The notes below the pieces were generated by a model that saw only the letters and a list, made by a program, of their open reading frames with translations, did no database searches and was not told the DNA's origin. A stretch of DNA of 64,000 nucleotides from Azolla caroliniana. Taxonomy: Eukaryota; Plantae; Polypodiophyta. A program made the translations under genes and the position numbers. The stretch covers positions 3,596,001-3,660,000 of the forward strand of contig JBHGNT010000005.1 of NCBI GenBank assembly GCA_043228905.1. The letters are read 5' to 3'. Positions within the stretch are counted from its first letter, which is position 1; every line of letters starts with the position of its first letter. Of this stretch, positions 49,223 to 62,030 are shown piece after piece.

Positions 49223-51667
49223 TTATTTTCCATCCTCTAGCAAGTTTCGATGTGCGTAAATGTTGTATGTACAAGCATAAGCTGCACTTTCTGTTGCATC
49301 TAACAGCATCACTTGTTCAAAGGCATATCTTCCCAATTCTACACTGCTCCACTTCTGACAAGCCCCAAGCAAAGCCGACCAAAGTGCAGGATTAGAATGG
49401 AAAGCTGTGTTCTCTACTAGTGTTGCGGCCATATATAATTGTCCTGCACGACCAAAGACGTCGATTATGCAAGTATGATGCTCAAGTGTTGGAGCTATAT
49501 TATAATCCCTATTCATGACCTCGAAAATAGTTTGACTCTTACCCACCAGACCTGCGTGACTGCATGAAGTGAGAAGATTAACAAAAGTAACTGAATCTGG
49601 AATTTCATTTTCTTCTATCATTTTATCAATGGAATGAAGAACATTTTCAAATTCTCCTAGCTGAGCAAATCCATTAATTAGGGAGTTCCACGAAGCAATA
49701 TCTCGGGATGGAAGCTTATTGAATACATCCTGAGCTTTTCTACTCAAGCCACACTTAGCATACATATCAACCAGCGCAGTCCCTATAATAGGGTCTCTTT
49801 GTAACAATTCTTGCCTCATAATTTCAGAATGAATTTCACTGCCGTGTTCAGATGCTCCAATATGACTACAAGCCTTCAAGCCATAAATGAATGTGATAGA
49901 ATTTGGAGAAATTCCTTCCAACTGCATTTGTTTAAAGCATTTAAGTGCTTCCTCATCATGCCCTTCTTTTGCATATCCTGTAATCAAAGCAGTCCATGTT
50001 ACAAGATCTCTAACAACAAGTTCATCAAACACCTTTTGTGCCTTGATCAACATGCCACATTTTATATACATAGCAATCAAACTGCTTCCAAGATGCACGT
50101 GATTTCTTAACATCCCTTTCCTAGATATTTCAGCATGTATTTCTCTTCCCTTTTCTGCTGCTCCCATGTTTCCACATGCTTTCAGGATGCATGCATAAGT
50201 AGTTGCATCAGGGGAAACACCCTCAGCTAACATTACTTCAAAGAAATTGAGAGCTTTCTCACTACCCTCACTTTCCACATATCCCATAATCATCACATTC
50301 CATGAGACAACATCTCGAACAGGAAGGCTGTCAAACATGGCTTGACCTCTTGAAAGTAAACCACATTTCACATACATATCAACCACAGCATTGCCAAGGC
50401 AAAGATCCTTTTCCAATAGATTTCTTTTCAGAACCTCAGCATGGATTTTTCTTCCTTCATCAATGTCTCCAATGCTGCTGCATGCTTTCAAACCACATGT
50501 GTATGTCACAGCATTCGGAGAAAGTCCCTCGATTTGCATTTTCTTGAGAAAAAAAAGTGCTTTTTCACTGGCACCATATTGTGCATAACCTGCAATGAGT
50601 GCAGTCCACGTGACTACATCTCTAGCAAGAAGATTATCAAATACTTTTTGTGCTTCAGCTAGCAACCCAAACTTGAAATACATATCAACTAGCATACTAC
50701 CGAGAACAGCATGTCTTCCTAGAAGAATTCCTTTTCTCAAAATCAAAGAATGTAATTTCTTTCCCTTTTCTATAGCCCTACTGTTTGCGCATGCCCTCAA
50801 GATGCACATGAACGTGATCACATTTGGAGAAATGCCTACAAGTTGCATCTTCTCAAAAAACCCTAGAGTTTCCTCAAAAAGTCCATGCTCTACATAGCCT
50901 CCAATGAGTGCATTCCATGAAACTACATCTTGCATTGGGAGTGTGTCAAAGGCTTCCTTTGCTTTATCAAGGCAGCCACATTTCCCATACATATGGATCA
51001 ACGCATTGCCCAGAAAAGGATTGTATTCGAGCAAACCTTTCTTGACAATTTCAACATGTAGTTCTTCTCCTTGTTCAACACCTCTAATAGACCCACAAGC
51101 TTTCAAACTGGAAAAGTAGGTAATAGTGTTTGGAGCAATACCATCCTCTTGCATTTGTTTAAGGCAAAGAAGAGCTTCCCACCCACACCCATGCTGTGCA
51201 TATCCTGAAATAAGAGTGTTCCACGAGACTACATCACGGACATCAAGATCATCAAACACTTTCTTTGCATTTACAAGTGAGCCACATTTGGAATACATGT
51301 CAACAAGTCCATTCCCAAGAAATACATTAGATCTCAATAAATTCTTCTGCAGAATATAATGATGTATTAGCTCTCCACTTTCCATATCTCTCTGTTTTGC
51401 ACTGATCTTGAGCAAAGCTGCAAGAGTATGTACATCTGGGTGGAATGTGTCTTCTCTCATTTCGTGAGAGGTTAGCAAAACATTCTTTGGATGGCCCTGA
51501 AGCTTGGCTTGGACGTGAATGAGACGGTTCCAAGAAGCCTCAGCACCAGCTTGGACTATCTTCGTCTCCGCTGACTGCATCTCCTCGACTTCATTGTCAG
51601 CAGTCTCAGCAGTCGTGGGCATTGGCAACCACACAGAGGGCAAAGCAACGGCCAGTGGCAGAGGCAT
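49223..51667 (-). CDS. PLS-class pentatricopeptide repeat protein with E extension and no DYW domain (814 aa, single exon)
   Basis: About six P-L-S triplets (LGNALVDMYxKCG..KAQ.VFD.L..RDVVSWN.LI.GY), then LLTSCSHAGLV..EHHTCIIDVFGRAG and E motif WSALLGACQKW..YNIYA. Start codon uncertain. Confidence 0.95.
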   Translation of the reverse strand: MPLPLAVALPSVWLPMPTTAETADNEVEEMQSAETKIVQAGAEASWNRLIHVQAKLQGHPKNVLLTSHEMREDTFHPDVHTLAALLKISAKQRDMESGELIHHYILQKNLLRSNVFLGNGLVDMYSKCGSLVNAKKVFDDLDVRDVVSWNTLISGYAQHGCGWEALLCLKQMQEDGIAPNTITYFSSLKACGSIRGVEQGEELHVEIVKKGLLEYNPFLGNALIHMYGKCGCLDKAKEAFDTLPMQDVVSWNALIGGYVEHGLFEETLGFFEKMQLVGISPNVITFMCILRACANSRAIEKGKKLHSLILRKGILLGRHAVLGSMLVDMYFKFGLLAEAQKVFDNLLARDVVTWTALIAGYAQYGASEKALFFLKKMQIEGLSPNAVTYTCGLKACSSIGDIDEGRKIHAEVLKRNLLEKDLCLGNAVVDMYVKCGLLSRGQAMFDSLPVRDVVSWNVMIMGYVESEGSEKALNFFEVMLAEGVSPDATTYACILKACGNMGAAEKGREIHAEISRKGMLRNHVHLGSSLIAMYIKCGMLIKAQKVFDELVVRDLVTWTALITGYAKEGHDEEALKCFKQMQLEGISPNSITFIYGLKACSHIGASEHGSEIHSEIMRQELLQRDPIIGTALVDMYAKCGLSRKAQDVFNKLPSRDIASWNSLINGFAQLGEFENVLHSIDKMIEENEIPDSVTFVNLLTSCSHAGLVGKSQTIFEVMNRDYNIAPTLEHHTCIIDVFGRAGQLYMAATLVENTAFHSNPALWSALLGACQKWSSVELGRYAFEQVMLLDATESAAYACTYNIYAHRNLLEDGK

Positions 51668-53100
51668 GTCGATGAGCGCAATCGATCATCTGTGGGTCGA
51701 TCAACTCATCCCAATAAATTACCTACTATCTATGACACAGAACGTCGTGGGCAGCGGTCAGGGGCGGCAACAATGAAGGAAAGGGCTGTGGCAGAGAGAG
51801 AGAGAGAGAGAGAGAGATGGAGGCATATGAACGAGTGCCATGGATGGATCAAGTCGTAGGTAGTATCAGTATGACAATAACCAGTCTCTGCAATCCTCTA
51901 TTTCCAGGTGTGCGGGTGTAACCCAACTGGAATGGAACGCTACTACTAATGAGCCTACGGCGAAGGGCCCTGTCGTGTTGGTTTGGAGACTACCATATAT
52001 ACAAATAGGATCAACAAACACAGTTTCCATTTGATTTGAATCTCTCTCAACTCGTTTCCTGAAACATATAACTTGAAAGCCTTTTCTACTGTTTGCCTTC
52101 ATCTCATATGCAAAATGTATTCTAAAACACCCCCCCCCTCTTGACATCCTATGATATGCGGAGACAACTTTTTCTTCATTACACTGTACAGTAACTAGTT
52201 CTTGAATAGCCAACGATTCATCCATCAACAATACAGTAAGCAGATCCATGCATCAATGATCATACATTCTGAATCATGCACTGTCAAATTCCCAATAGCT
52301 CGATAAAATTGTGCCTTTTTCATTTTCATCAAGTATATTGCTTCTGAAGGCTGTCTAGGAGCAATATACTTCACGAAAATAAAAAGGCACAATTTTATCC
52401 ACAGGTACAGAGTTGACATTTTTTAATAAACACATGCTGATGAAACCCAAAAGACTACTCAACATTCCTATCTTAGAACTGATTGGTTGTGATACAGAAG
52501 TTCGGTAACAAATCTATAATATTATTCCTCACTAAATTATTTCTAATTTTCTTATTAATGATTCAATTTGTTGATCCCATCCTACATAAGCATCTTGAAC
52601 TGACAAAATAATGGCAGTCTAAAATTTGTCAACATAGAAAATTTGATGTGTTTCAATAGGTCATTATATGTTCGATAGGTCATTATGGTATCTTCTAAAT
52701 AAAAAATAAACATGTAAAAAACTCAATCTACCCTGCTATATCGCATTACTAAGAGAAGATAAATATATATGTATACAGAAACGTAATCATCAAACGTATT
52801 GGTCTTTCAAAGACATCAATACATGGAATCGATATCCAAAAACCTACAAAATGAGTAACTGGCCCAAAAGGCAACAAAAGACTGGAGATGTTACTCTCAT
52901 TCCCTCATATTATTGGAATGTGAGCTATTCCCTAGGCTGACCTAACTTACAAAAATGTAAATTAGATAAACCCTTGGCTAAGACTCATTTGAAGCAAAGC
53001 AAGTGCTTTTGACAAATTGTAATTAGAACCACATGACGTCGCAAATTATACAGAAATGCATCATTTCCCATTTCTTTCTCCATGCCAAGAGCCCGAGTTT

Positions 53101-55995
53101 TTATGTGTGTGAGGTCCGCATAATCCCATGAATATAGCCACCAGTCATAATAAATGATGCAATTGATACGACACCGGCAGGGAAAAATTTTCCTGAGTTC
53201 TTGAAACGACTTCCCATCACAAATAAAAGGATTGCTGAGATACCTAAAACACAACCAGAATAAAGCATAAACAAGAATCAAGAGCTAACACCTACTATTA
53301 AAGATGAGACCAATCATCAGAAGTATTTAGAGTACCTAATCCCAGTGATGATGCAAATACCGGATTACTTGGTAATTGAGAGTACACGACCAATAATGCT
53401 AAGCCCGAGCCTACCCCTGAGATGAGGGACTTTGTGCTTTTGCTTTTCAGATATCCAATTGTTCCTCCCACTGCTCAAACACAATTATTCAGAATATCTA
53501 AGAAATTATTTGCAAGTAAACAACATTGAACATATAGAACAACATCTATAGAAATTACTTACAAGTTAACAGCATTAAACATATAGAACAACATCTATAG
53601 AAATTATTTACAAGTTAACAGCATTAAACATATAGAACAACATTAAACATATAGAAATTATTTGCATGTTAACAACATTAAACATATAAAAATTATTTGC
53701 AAGTTAACAACATTAAACATACTCTGCAGGATATGCAATAGGCATTGCATGGGAATGCATCAGTTTTAACGATAATGCTTTTGTTTAGAGTTAAGAGGGT
53801 CATCATAGCAGGCACCCTTCATTAATGCTGTTTCAAGATGCCAAAGCATAGCCGTCCCCATAGCCCAAACGATGATAAATAGACATGTTTTGGCTTTTTG
53901 ACCTTTTTCATCTTATTGTTGTGCCTACTTAGATTCATGTAGAGCATATAATTATATATCGATGTGTGACACATCTATATGTATGTTTGTATGAATGCAT
54001 ACATACACTGTACACATAGTATGTATGCATAGCAATGGGCACAATTCGGTTTTGGTTTGGTTCAGTTTCAAGGCAAAGAAACCGAACTAAACAGAAAGCG
54101 AACCGTTTATTTAAAACAAAAACCAAACCAAACCGTTTATAAACTCTCAGTATTGAAACCAAACCATTTAAGAAATAGTTGAAACCAAACCATTTAAAAC
54201 CAAACCGTTTAGGGAAAAGTTGAAACCAAACCGAACCCTTTAATAAAAAATTTAAAACTAACCACTTAAATTAAACTAATTAAACATCTAAATAAACAAA
54301 AATACATTAAATTAAATAAGCATTTAAGTTAAATTTATTAAATCAATAAAAAACCATTAATTAAACCATTAAATCAATAAACTATTAAGGTAAAACAAAA
54401 GTTAACCAAAAACCTATAAACCTTTAAACCAAACCTATAAACCTATAAACCCGAGTTTTAAAACCGAACCGTTTGTCGAAAATCCAAACCATTAAAAAAA
54501 TTTGGAACCAATAAACCGTTAAACCATGGCTTAATGGTTCAGTTCGGTTTGAGCCGAAACAGTATGCATGCATGCCTGCACAGATGGATAAATGCATGAA
54601 TGTATGTATATATGTGTGTTTTCAATATGTTGTTTCCAACTTAATCTCCATTTCCATTTCCTTTGAAATGACATTTACACGTGCATTTTCCACACATTCT
54701 CTAACTTTCTTCCATAATAGAAGCAGTGACAAGCTCAAGCTATTACATAGCACATCCCTAAACCATAGTATCATCTTGACATCCTTAGGTGTAGTATGAG
54801 ATGCACCTAGATTTCCAGTCATCTGATGGACATTCCCTCATGGATATTGATTGGCTGGAGAATTAATCTCTGAGCCATCTAATCTTGATCATAATTATTT
54901 TTATTTGAATTCAAGTTTGACTCCTAAAATTGTTCTCACTTATGAAGGCAAAAAAGGAGAGATCACAAATTCAAATGATATCACCCGTACAAATCGCCTT
55001 TTTCTATGAAACAAGAAAACAGTCAAGTACATGCATCATGGAATCACATCATAAAGCTCACTGTCAAGAAACCCCAGAAAATCATGGTTATTTGCTACTC
55101 TTGTTACCCTAAACTCTGGACCTCAGATTAAAGCTTGCTGGGCAAGAGTCCCATAACTGTCCAATGATTCATACCACATAAAAATTGTTAATGGAATATC
55201 AGACATAATGAGGTATGTAAGTACATACTCAGAGGTAAGCATGATATATAATTGAAGAAATAATTGAATCAGCATTACCTTCTTGAGTTGAAAAGAAATA
55301 AATTTCTTTGTTGAAATTTATCAAAAAAATACCAATAATAGAAAATGTATCGATAAAAGCTTAAAGAAGATTCAGTGAGACCTTAGCAATAATATGTAAA
55401 GTAGATATGGAAACTTACTTGCTATAAGGAGTGCATAGGCTAAGGTGATCTTTTGGGAGGTGATGATCTTCTTTTTCTTTGAAGATTCTCCATCTTCTCC
55501 TTGCCCTTCCCCTCTACCAGAATTGCCACCACTACCACCGCCACCTGAATCTCCTGAGTTTCCATCACTAGAATGTCCTCCTCCCCCTTCCTCCAACTGT
55601 TCAGCAGATGAAGAAGGGACTGATTCAGACAGCTGGCTCGCGACCTCCAACCTCTCAGTTAGGAGAGAAGAAGAAGCATCCCCTTCAAAGCTTCCACCTG
55701 CGTATGGATAGGAGGATGAATAGTCGTCAGTAGACGAGAACCTCTCAGGATCGGCGTTCAGATCAGAGCCCGTGGCGAGGACACAGAGAGAAAGAGTGGA
55801 TGATGTGAAGGAGGTAGGAAGACGATGCAGCTGTGGTGCAGGCAAGCGAGGAGCAGGACGGGACGACGACCAACGATTTCTTACGCTCGTCGTCAAGAGA
55901 CGTGCTCTAATGTCAGCCTCTTTCAAAGCGTGAGCTTTGCTGGCAGCGACGGCAAGCGTGAGGCAGGAGGGGTAGGCAGCAGCAGCAGCCGCCAT
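53101..55995 (-). CDS. FAX: FATTY ACID EXPORT (FAX/TMEM14) plastid envelope protein; about 284 aa, 3 exons
   Basis: Exons 55995-55419, 53470-53336, 53243-53101 (GT-AG, phase 1/1). Ala/Ser/Arg-rich transit peptide, Gly-rich linker, then SQKITLAYALLIAMGGTIGYLKSKSTKSL...MGSRFKNSGKIFPAGVVS..MTGGYIHGIMR. Resembles Arabidopsis At3g43520 (FAX2 or FAX3 depending on nomenclature). Confidence 0.93.
53503..53721. repeat. ~49-bp minisatellite in FAX intron 1
   Basis: AAATTATTT(G/A)CAAGTTAACA(A/G)CATTAAACATATAGAACAACAT repeated about 5 times with deletions. Confidence 0.9.
54030..54561. mobile_element. hAT-like MITE in FAX intron 1, right TIR eroded
   Basis: Left end TAGCAATGGGCAC resembles the family TIR; dense AAACC/GGTT subterminal repeats; GTATGCA flanks both sides. 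Confidence 0.7.
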
Positions 55996-56195
55996 GGAGA
56001 ACAAATGCCTTCTGTTTTCTCTCTCGCTTTCTGTCTCCTGCCTCTGTCTCTGTCTCTGTCTCTGTGTTTGGCTCTGTGCGCTGCCTCCACAACCTCTTCT
56101 CTGTCTTTCTGCAGTAAGTTGCAGCCAGTGAAAACAGTAGTTGCTGGCCAGGTATATACATATTGGTCATGTTGTATGTCCCACCAACAAAAGAG

Positions 56196-56228
56196 CATGT
56201 CCATGTCCATGTCCATGTCCATGTCCAT
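56196..56228. repeat. (CATGTC)n hexamer repeat upstream of FAX
   Basis: Five to six tandem units about 200 bp before the ATG. Confidence 0.9.
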
Positions 56229-57021
56229 GTGATAAGAAGAGACTCCATCCATTACAGCTCCTTCAACTCTTACCCCCTCGACCCTAGCTTTATCCGATTG
56301 ATATGATTCGAATATATTCAACCCCTATATAACTTTGTATTTTCCATTAGACATAAAGATTTTATGGAAGATTGGTAATGATCATCATCAATGGTAGATC
56401 CTCATAAATGAACATCCCGTATCATTCATAAATTTGATACGGGGTATGAGCCCATATTGAATTATCGAATAATCTGAAATCAAAATTAATGAATCTACAA
56501 ATGAATTAGTAAGTTTGTCAATTCAGGGTGTCCTACAGTTTAGTGTGCTTTAATTCAATATAAGCTAAAAAGTTGAATAACTTTTAAGGAAATTAAGGGT
56601 ATTTTGTTCTTAAAATATTGTAGGAAGACGGATACTTCATGAAAGGGTATATTTCAGTATTACTAATGTATTTCTCATGTATCCTTCTCCTACAAGCAAG
56701 AGATTGTGTGTGTGGGTGTTGGCGTAGGTGTGAATGTGTGCGTGCAGGTGTGCTTAATGTCTATAAAGAGGGCAAAGCAGCATAGCAGACCAAATAAGAG
56801 ATTACATATGAACAGTTTTGGTGAAGGAGAAACCAAAATTAATAGACATACATAAATTCTACAAGTAGCAAGGGGGTCAGTTTTGTATATGATACTTGGC
56901 AAACAAAGAAGTTTTGTAACTTTCTTTCACAAACACATTACAATGAAATTGTCCAAAGAGAAAAAAACTCAAATGTATAACAAGGTTATAGGGTTGTGTA
57001 CTGTCACCAAAGCCGATTTTA

Positions 57022-59433
57022 TTAAAACTTGGCAAGCCACATAACATGCATTGCATGTAGATACCTTGAACCAATAGTTAGGCCCAACATAAATGCAACA
57101 ATGCTCATGATAGCTGGTTGTGTGATTTGTTTATTAGAGGAAGATGTTATCAGCCCCTTGGGATCCTTCCAATTGTAATATATGGCCAAAATAATGAAGC
57201 AACCTAATATTGCTGCTTTTAAAGGGACCTCGGCTATTCCAACCAGAAGGGCAGTCATTGGAAGGAATGCGCAAATCAGATCCTTCTTTTGCACGACCAG
57301 AGAGAACACCGCCGACAGGGACAACGCTAGAACAAAAACTGTATGATTGATCACCCCAGAGACTGCACCCACTCCGAGGACAGTGGCTATCAGAAAAGCC
57401 CAAGGTTGTTCACTAACAGCATTAGCTCTTGTTGCCTCACCAACACTCAGAACCGCTGTCACGAGTAGCAATGCCTGTAGTGTTGGCCAAACAGAAGTTG
57501 TGCTTACAATCCCTCGGTATATATCTCGCACAAAAAGGCAAGACCACCCTGCCAAGGTCAAAATATGTGCAATTGGATCTTTCAATAAAAATATCGCCTT
57601 GTTCAAAAGGACAATAAGCAATACTTTCATGTAATGAAATGCAGTAAGACACATCATTGCAAGCAAAGAAGCCCACTGGATAAGTTCTGCAGCTATGGCA
57701 CGTCGAGTGAAATAAATAATAGAGAAACCTGAAAACACCAAATTAGGTCCGCATAAGATTCTCACAAAAAGTTGTACAGCTTTAAGAATCCATTACCCCA
57801 AAAATTAATATGAAACATGGCTTCTTAATATAAACAAATCACTAAGGCATATTATCTATATGAATTATTATGTGTAACAAGTTAAAATGAAGCTTGGATA
57901 GGAATTTTATTAGCAGAAATAGAGATCTAGAACAGAAATAAGGCTTCCTAATTGCTGAAAAAATTCTTATTCATAATGTAATAATATTTTAACATTGTCC
58001 AAAAGGTCAGAAATATGGCCAATGATAATGATATATATGAAGTAGATTCATGGGTACAAACTAGATTCATGGATCCGACAATGGTTTCAAAACACTCTTT
58101 CCAGCCTTGTACGTGGAGGATTTCAAAATGGTAGCATAAAAAGAAAACCTATGAGAGACGGAGGAACATGATCCATGGTTACATGCATTGTGGGCACTAT
58201 TCAGACCAACATTGGGATAACGCATCAAATGAGACCAGTGGATAACTGTTTCAAGCCTCTACATCATTCAGACAGTGTGGGTTGCTCACATTCTCTTTTG
58301 GTTTCTTGGCACAAAATTATCAACATTGCATGCATGTTTCATCGAAATTTTGCATGTTAGCTTGTCCTACATCCTGAGGAGAATTGCCGTTGGACCCAAA
58401 ATCTTAAAAAGTTGTAATCTTTATAGGCTATTGTATAGAACCAAATGCTATTGGCTTTATAATCAGAATGCCCGGTGAGTTGTACTAGGCCTCTCCCTCC
58501 CCCTCCCCCACTTTTCCCGTCTCATATGCCATTTTGGCCTCTTACAATAGTGATCTTTCTTTTCTTCAAGTTTCTAACCCGCCAACAATCCAGGCAATAA
58601 AGCAAATGCTACTGCCTCCTCAAAACCACTGGTGAACCAAAAGTGCTCCTTCATTTCAATCCATAAATCTAAGAAACATGAATGGTTTATACACTTGTGA
58701 TCTGGTCATAGACCATATTTTGTTTTAACGATTTAAATTTGTTTTATGTATCACAAGCACAAAGCTGTAAAGCAAAAGCTGCCTCCTCAAAACCACCAAT
58801 GAACCGAAAGTCCTCCTTCATTTCAATCCATAGATCTAACAAACATGAATGGTTTATACTCTTCTAATGCTTGTCATAGAACACATTTTGTTCCACAATT
58901 TAAATTTGTTGTATGTATCACAAGCAAAAAGCTAATATTTGTTGTATGCCATTTTGACCTCTTATAATAGTGATTTTTCTTTTTTTTCACATTTCTAATG
59001 ATGGTTTATACTCTTGTAATGCTGATCATTGGCCACATTTTGTTCCACAATTAAATGTTGTTAAAAGTCCTTTTGAAATTCAGGACACAGATACCACTCT
59101 ATTAGAGGAGGTTCTTCCATAGACGTATTGATAACATTAAATGAATTCTCATGCATGCATAAATGAATTAACGCACACAAAGAAAATTCAGCTCACAGGG
59201 CATATTCTTCCATTATGTATGCCTACATATGAATTTGTGCACTGACCTGTTAGTAGGACGAGAGTACTAGGTGGTTCAGGTATAGGAGTCATAAGTTCCT
59301 CCCATTCAGGTGGAAGCTGCCATCTTTTTCTTGTGGTGTGAGATGACTGGTTTTTCAATCCATCAGACGAAGAATCTTCAGAAGAAGTGACAGCGGCAGC
59401 AGCAAGCCTAAAGGCACATTTCCACCTATGACC
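57022..59433 (-). CDS. Multi-pass membrane protein of unknown function (3' two exons; 5' exon not located)
   Basis: Exons 59433-59247 (GHRWKCAFRLAAAAV..PPEWEELMTPIPE..LLT) and 57728-57022 join in phase 1 with GT-AG. About 7-8 hydrophobic segments and QKKDLICAFLPMTALL. From memory it resembles the Arabidopsis At3g60590 family (unverified). Confidence 0.8.
58525..59060. repeat. Intronic ~170-bp tandem and shuffled duplications
   Basis: CTGCCTCCTCAAAACCAC...CATGAATGGTTTATAC twice, ATGCCATTTTG.CCTCTTA.AATAGTGAT twice, ATGGTTTATAC three times. Confidence 0.85.
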
Positions 59434-59745
59434 CTATAGAAAGAACAGAAATATCTCAGTTTTAATATCAATTCAAACTAGTGTCCTACCTTTATAGTTT
59501 ATATTCATAAGAGGAAAGTAATAATATGAATATAAATGTAATCAACAGCAAAAAGGAAAACAAAATACATGTGCATACAATATCTCACTGATTCTAGTGA
59601 AGTCATCAAAAATTGAATATACTCAAATTAAAACCAAGAGTTTCCTGATTGAACATGTATAAACCTGATATCTGACTACAGATATTTAGGTTGATGCGTT
59701 GAACTTCAGGCCTATGACTGAATAATCGATGTATATTATAGGGAA

Positions 59746-62030
59746 TGTTGAGAATCAAGCTCAACATAGCACAACATGTGAACACACCTTTTGAGAATCT
59801 ATGATTACTCAAAGGTCAAGAGTCACACCACTACTCTCTACACATTAACTATGTGTCATAGAATCATATTCTATGACACATAACTAATGAGTTACATATT
59901 CCCCATGACTATGAGTCTTCACATTCCCCAAGAGAGAGAGTGGTTGTTGTAAGTTAATGAAGAGAGAGGGTGACTCTATATAAAGCACCCTCCTCGTACT
60001 TCATACTAAGTCGGTTGTGACTCCTTGTAATGCTAAATTTTCATTTATCATATTCTCTTTGTTAATATACATCTCCTTCTTCTTGAGTACTTCATTTTGT
60101 CTCTTATCCATCTTGTGTTTCTCTTCTCTCCTCTTTCCTCTCACACATACATATAACACACATCTCTTCCGCTACACAAGAATCACCATCGATTCTTTAC
60201 AAGGAACAACCCCATACAAATCATTATTTCTATGTATATTACATGGAGCAACTCCAAAATACCCAAGTTTGTTTTGCTTCCATAGAATACCCATATGTTT
60301 TGCTATTTCCCCAAATGCCCATGGCATCCTCTCTCAAACAATTATGTGTTACTTGACCTCCCTTTTCTCAATAGATGTGCTATTTGAGCAATTATATGGT
60401 TGGTTCATTCCCTTTTTCTCTGTTTAGAGGTTGATAGGGGACTTTTGGGAAATAAAGAAACCTGGGGGTATTTCGAATTTTTTCCTATATCTAATCTCCA
60501 TGCATGCATCTCCATCACCTTAATTTATCCCTTTTTTCATACACTTTTACATACTTCTAACTGTTGTCACCTTCCTTACATTGTATTCTTATATCCTAAA
60601 TTTGACTATTGGGAATTAAAGAAACCTAGGGGTATTTTGAAATTTTTCCTAATATCTAATCTCCATACATGCGTCTCCATCATCTTAATTTATCCCCTTT
60701 TCCATAAACTTGTACCTACTGTGAACACTAATTCACATGAATCCAAAAATAACTGTTCATATCCCAAAATAACTGTTCATATCTTGTATCTGACAATTTA
60801 ATAAACATTCATATCCCAAACTAACGCTTCTATCAAATGCTATTAATAAACATTCATTATCACATGGTATCAAAGCGTTTAAAAAAAATCACCAGCAGCA
60901 GAAACAAGAACAGCAACCAGAAACGACGACAAAAGAAGTCATCGACATCACAAACTACTCACAATAAGAAACACAAAATTTATAAACTCAAAATTTACTT
61001 CACAAATAAAAGAAAACCAATCCTGCCACAGTCGAAAACCCAGACATTGTTGCTGCTACAATACCCTACTCCACAAAGAACACCCAGATTAACCTGAGCC
61101 GCAAATTATCGTCCATGGCAAACACGGATGAAAATGTATTTGCGCAGAATACATACATAGGTGGAAGCAAAGCCAAACCTGACAATAATGATCAAGAAAT
61201 TCAAGCATGGCAAGATAAGGATTTTGAAGCACAATCCGAAATCCAATTCCCTGTCGCAGATTTAGTTATGTACTTCATTTCAAACCAGGAAACAGCCAAA
61301 CAAATGTGGGATGTCTAAGCGAACAATATGAAAAGACTGACACAATTCATGCCATCACTCTGTTTCGTCTCACAACCTTCCACATGCAAGAAGGTGATGA
61401 TTTGAAACATTTCTACAGTCATGGCGCTCACTCCTAGAACAAGGCACCACCGCAGGCCTTGGATTCACAAATAAAATGACAAGTAGTCATGCTATTAGCA
61501 GCACTACCATCAACCTGGAGACCTTTCGTCACAACCCAATCCTATCAAACTCAACCATTGGCTGTCCTCATCAACAAAATGCGCCAAGAATATACCTTCT
61601 CCAATCTCAGCAACAACAATCTCAACCAATCAACAATTCCGATCACAATGGCAACCACCATTCCCATGTCGAACCAACAACAACCATATAGATTCAACAA
61701 ACCTATCCGGCACAATCATCAAAACAATTACAACCACCAAAATCAAAGAACATCTCTTTGTAATTACTGCAACAGACCAGGTCAATGGGAGAAAGATTGT
61801 AGAACCAACCAAAGAAACACATCTAATCATCAAAGCACCAAAGTAATGACATGCAATTATTGAAACAGACAAGGACACTCGGAAAGAGAATGTCGAACAA
61901 AACAACATGAAGTAGGCCAACGAACTCAAGCTAGGATGGCACAACTTCAACAAAATCCACCATCATCGGGTGAAGAAATGTATTTATTCAATGCCAATTT
62001 AACCAATACAGCAGATTTCTCACATATGAC
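59746..62030 (+). mobile_element. Truncated Ty1/copia element: 5' LTR, PBS and pseudogenised gag
   Basis: Putative LTR TG(59746)..CA(about 60862) with TATATAAA near 59977. PBS TGGTATCAAAGC at 60865 (tRNA-iMet type, one mismatch). Gag motifs WQDKDFEAQSEI..TAKQMWDV, LLAALPSTWRPF, zinc knuckles CNYCNRPGQWEKDC and CNY*NRQGHSEREC. LTR left edge approximate. Confidence 0.85.

Noticed and set aside
53503-53721. Repeat array superficially like CRISPR
   Set aside because: No unique spacers, intronic eukaryotic context, no cas genes.
25259-59433. Functional cluster of ATP sulfurylase, JAZ, PPR, FAX and membrane protein
   Set aside because: Links through jasmonate, lipids or plastids are loose; no shared pathway or evidence of co-regulation in the sequence.
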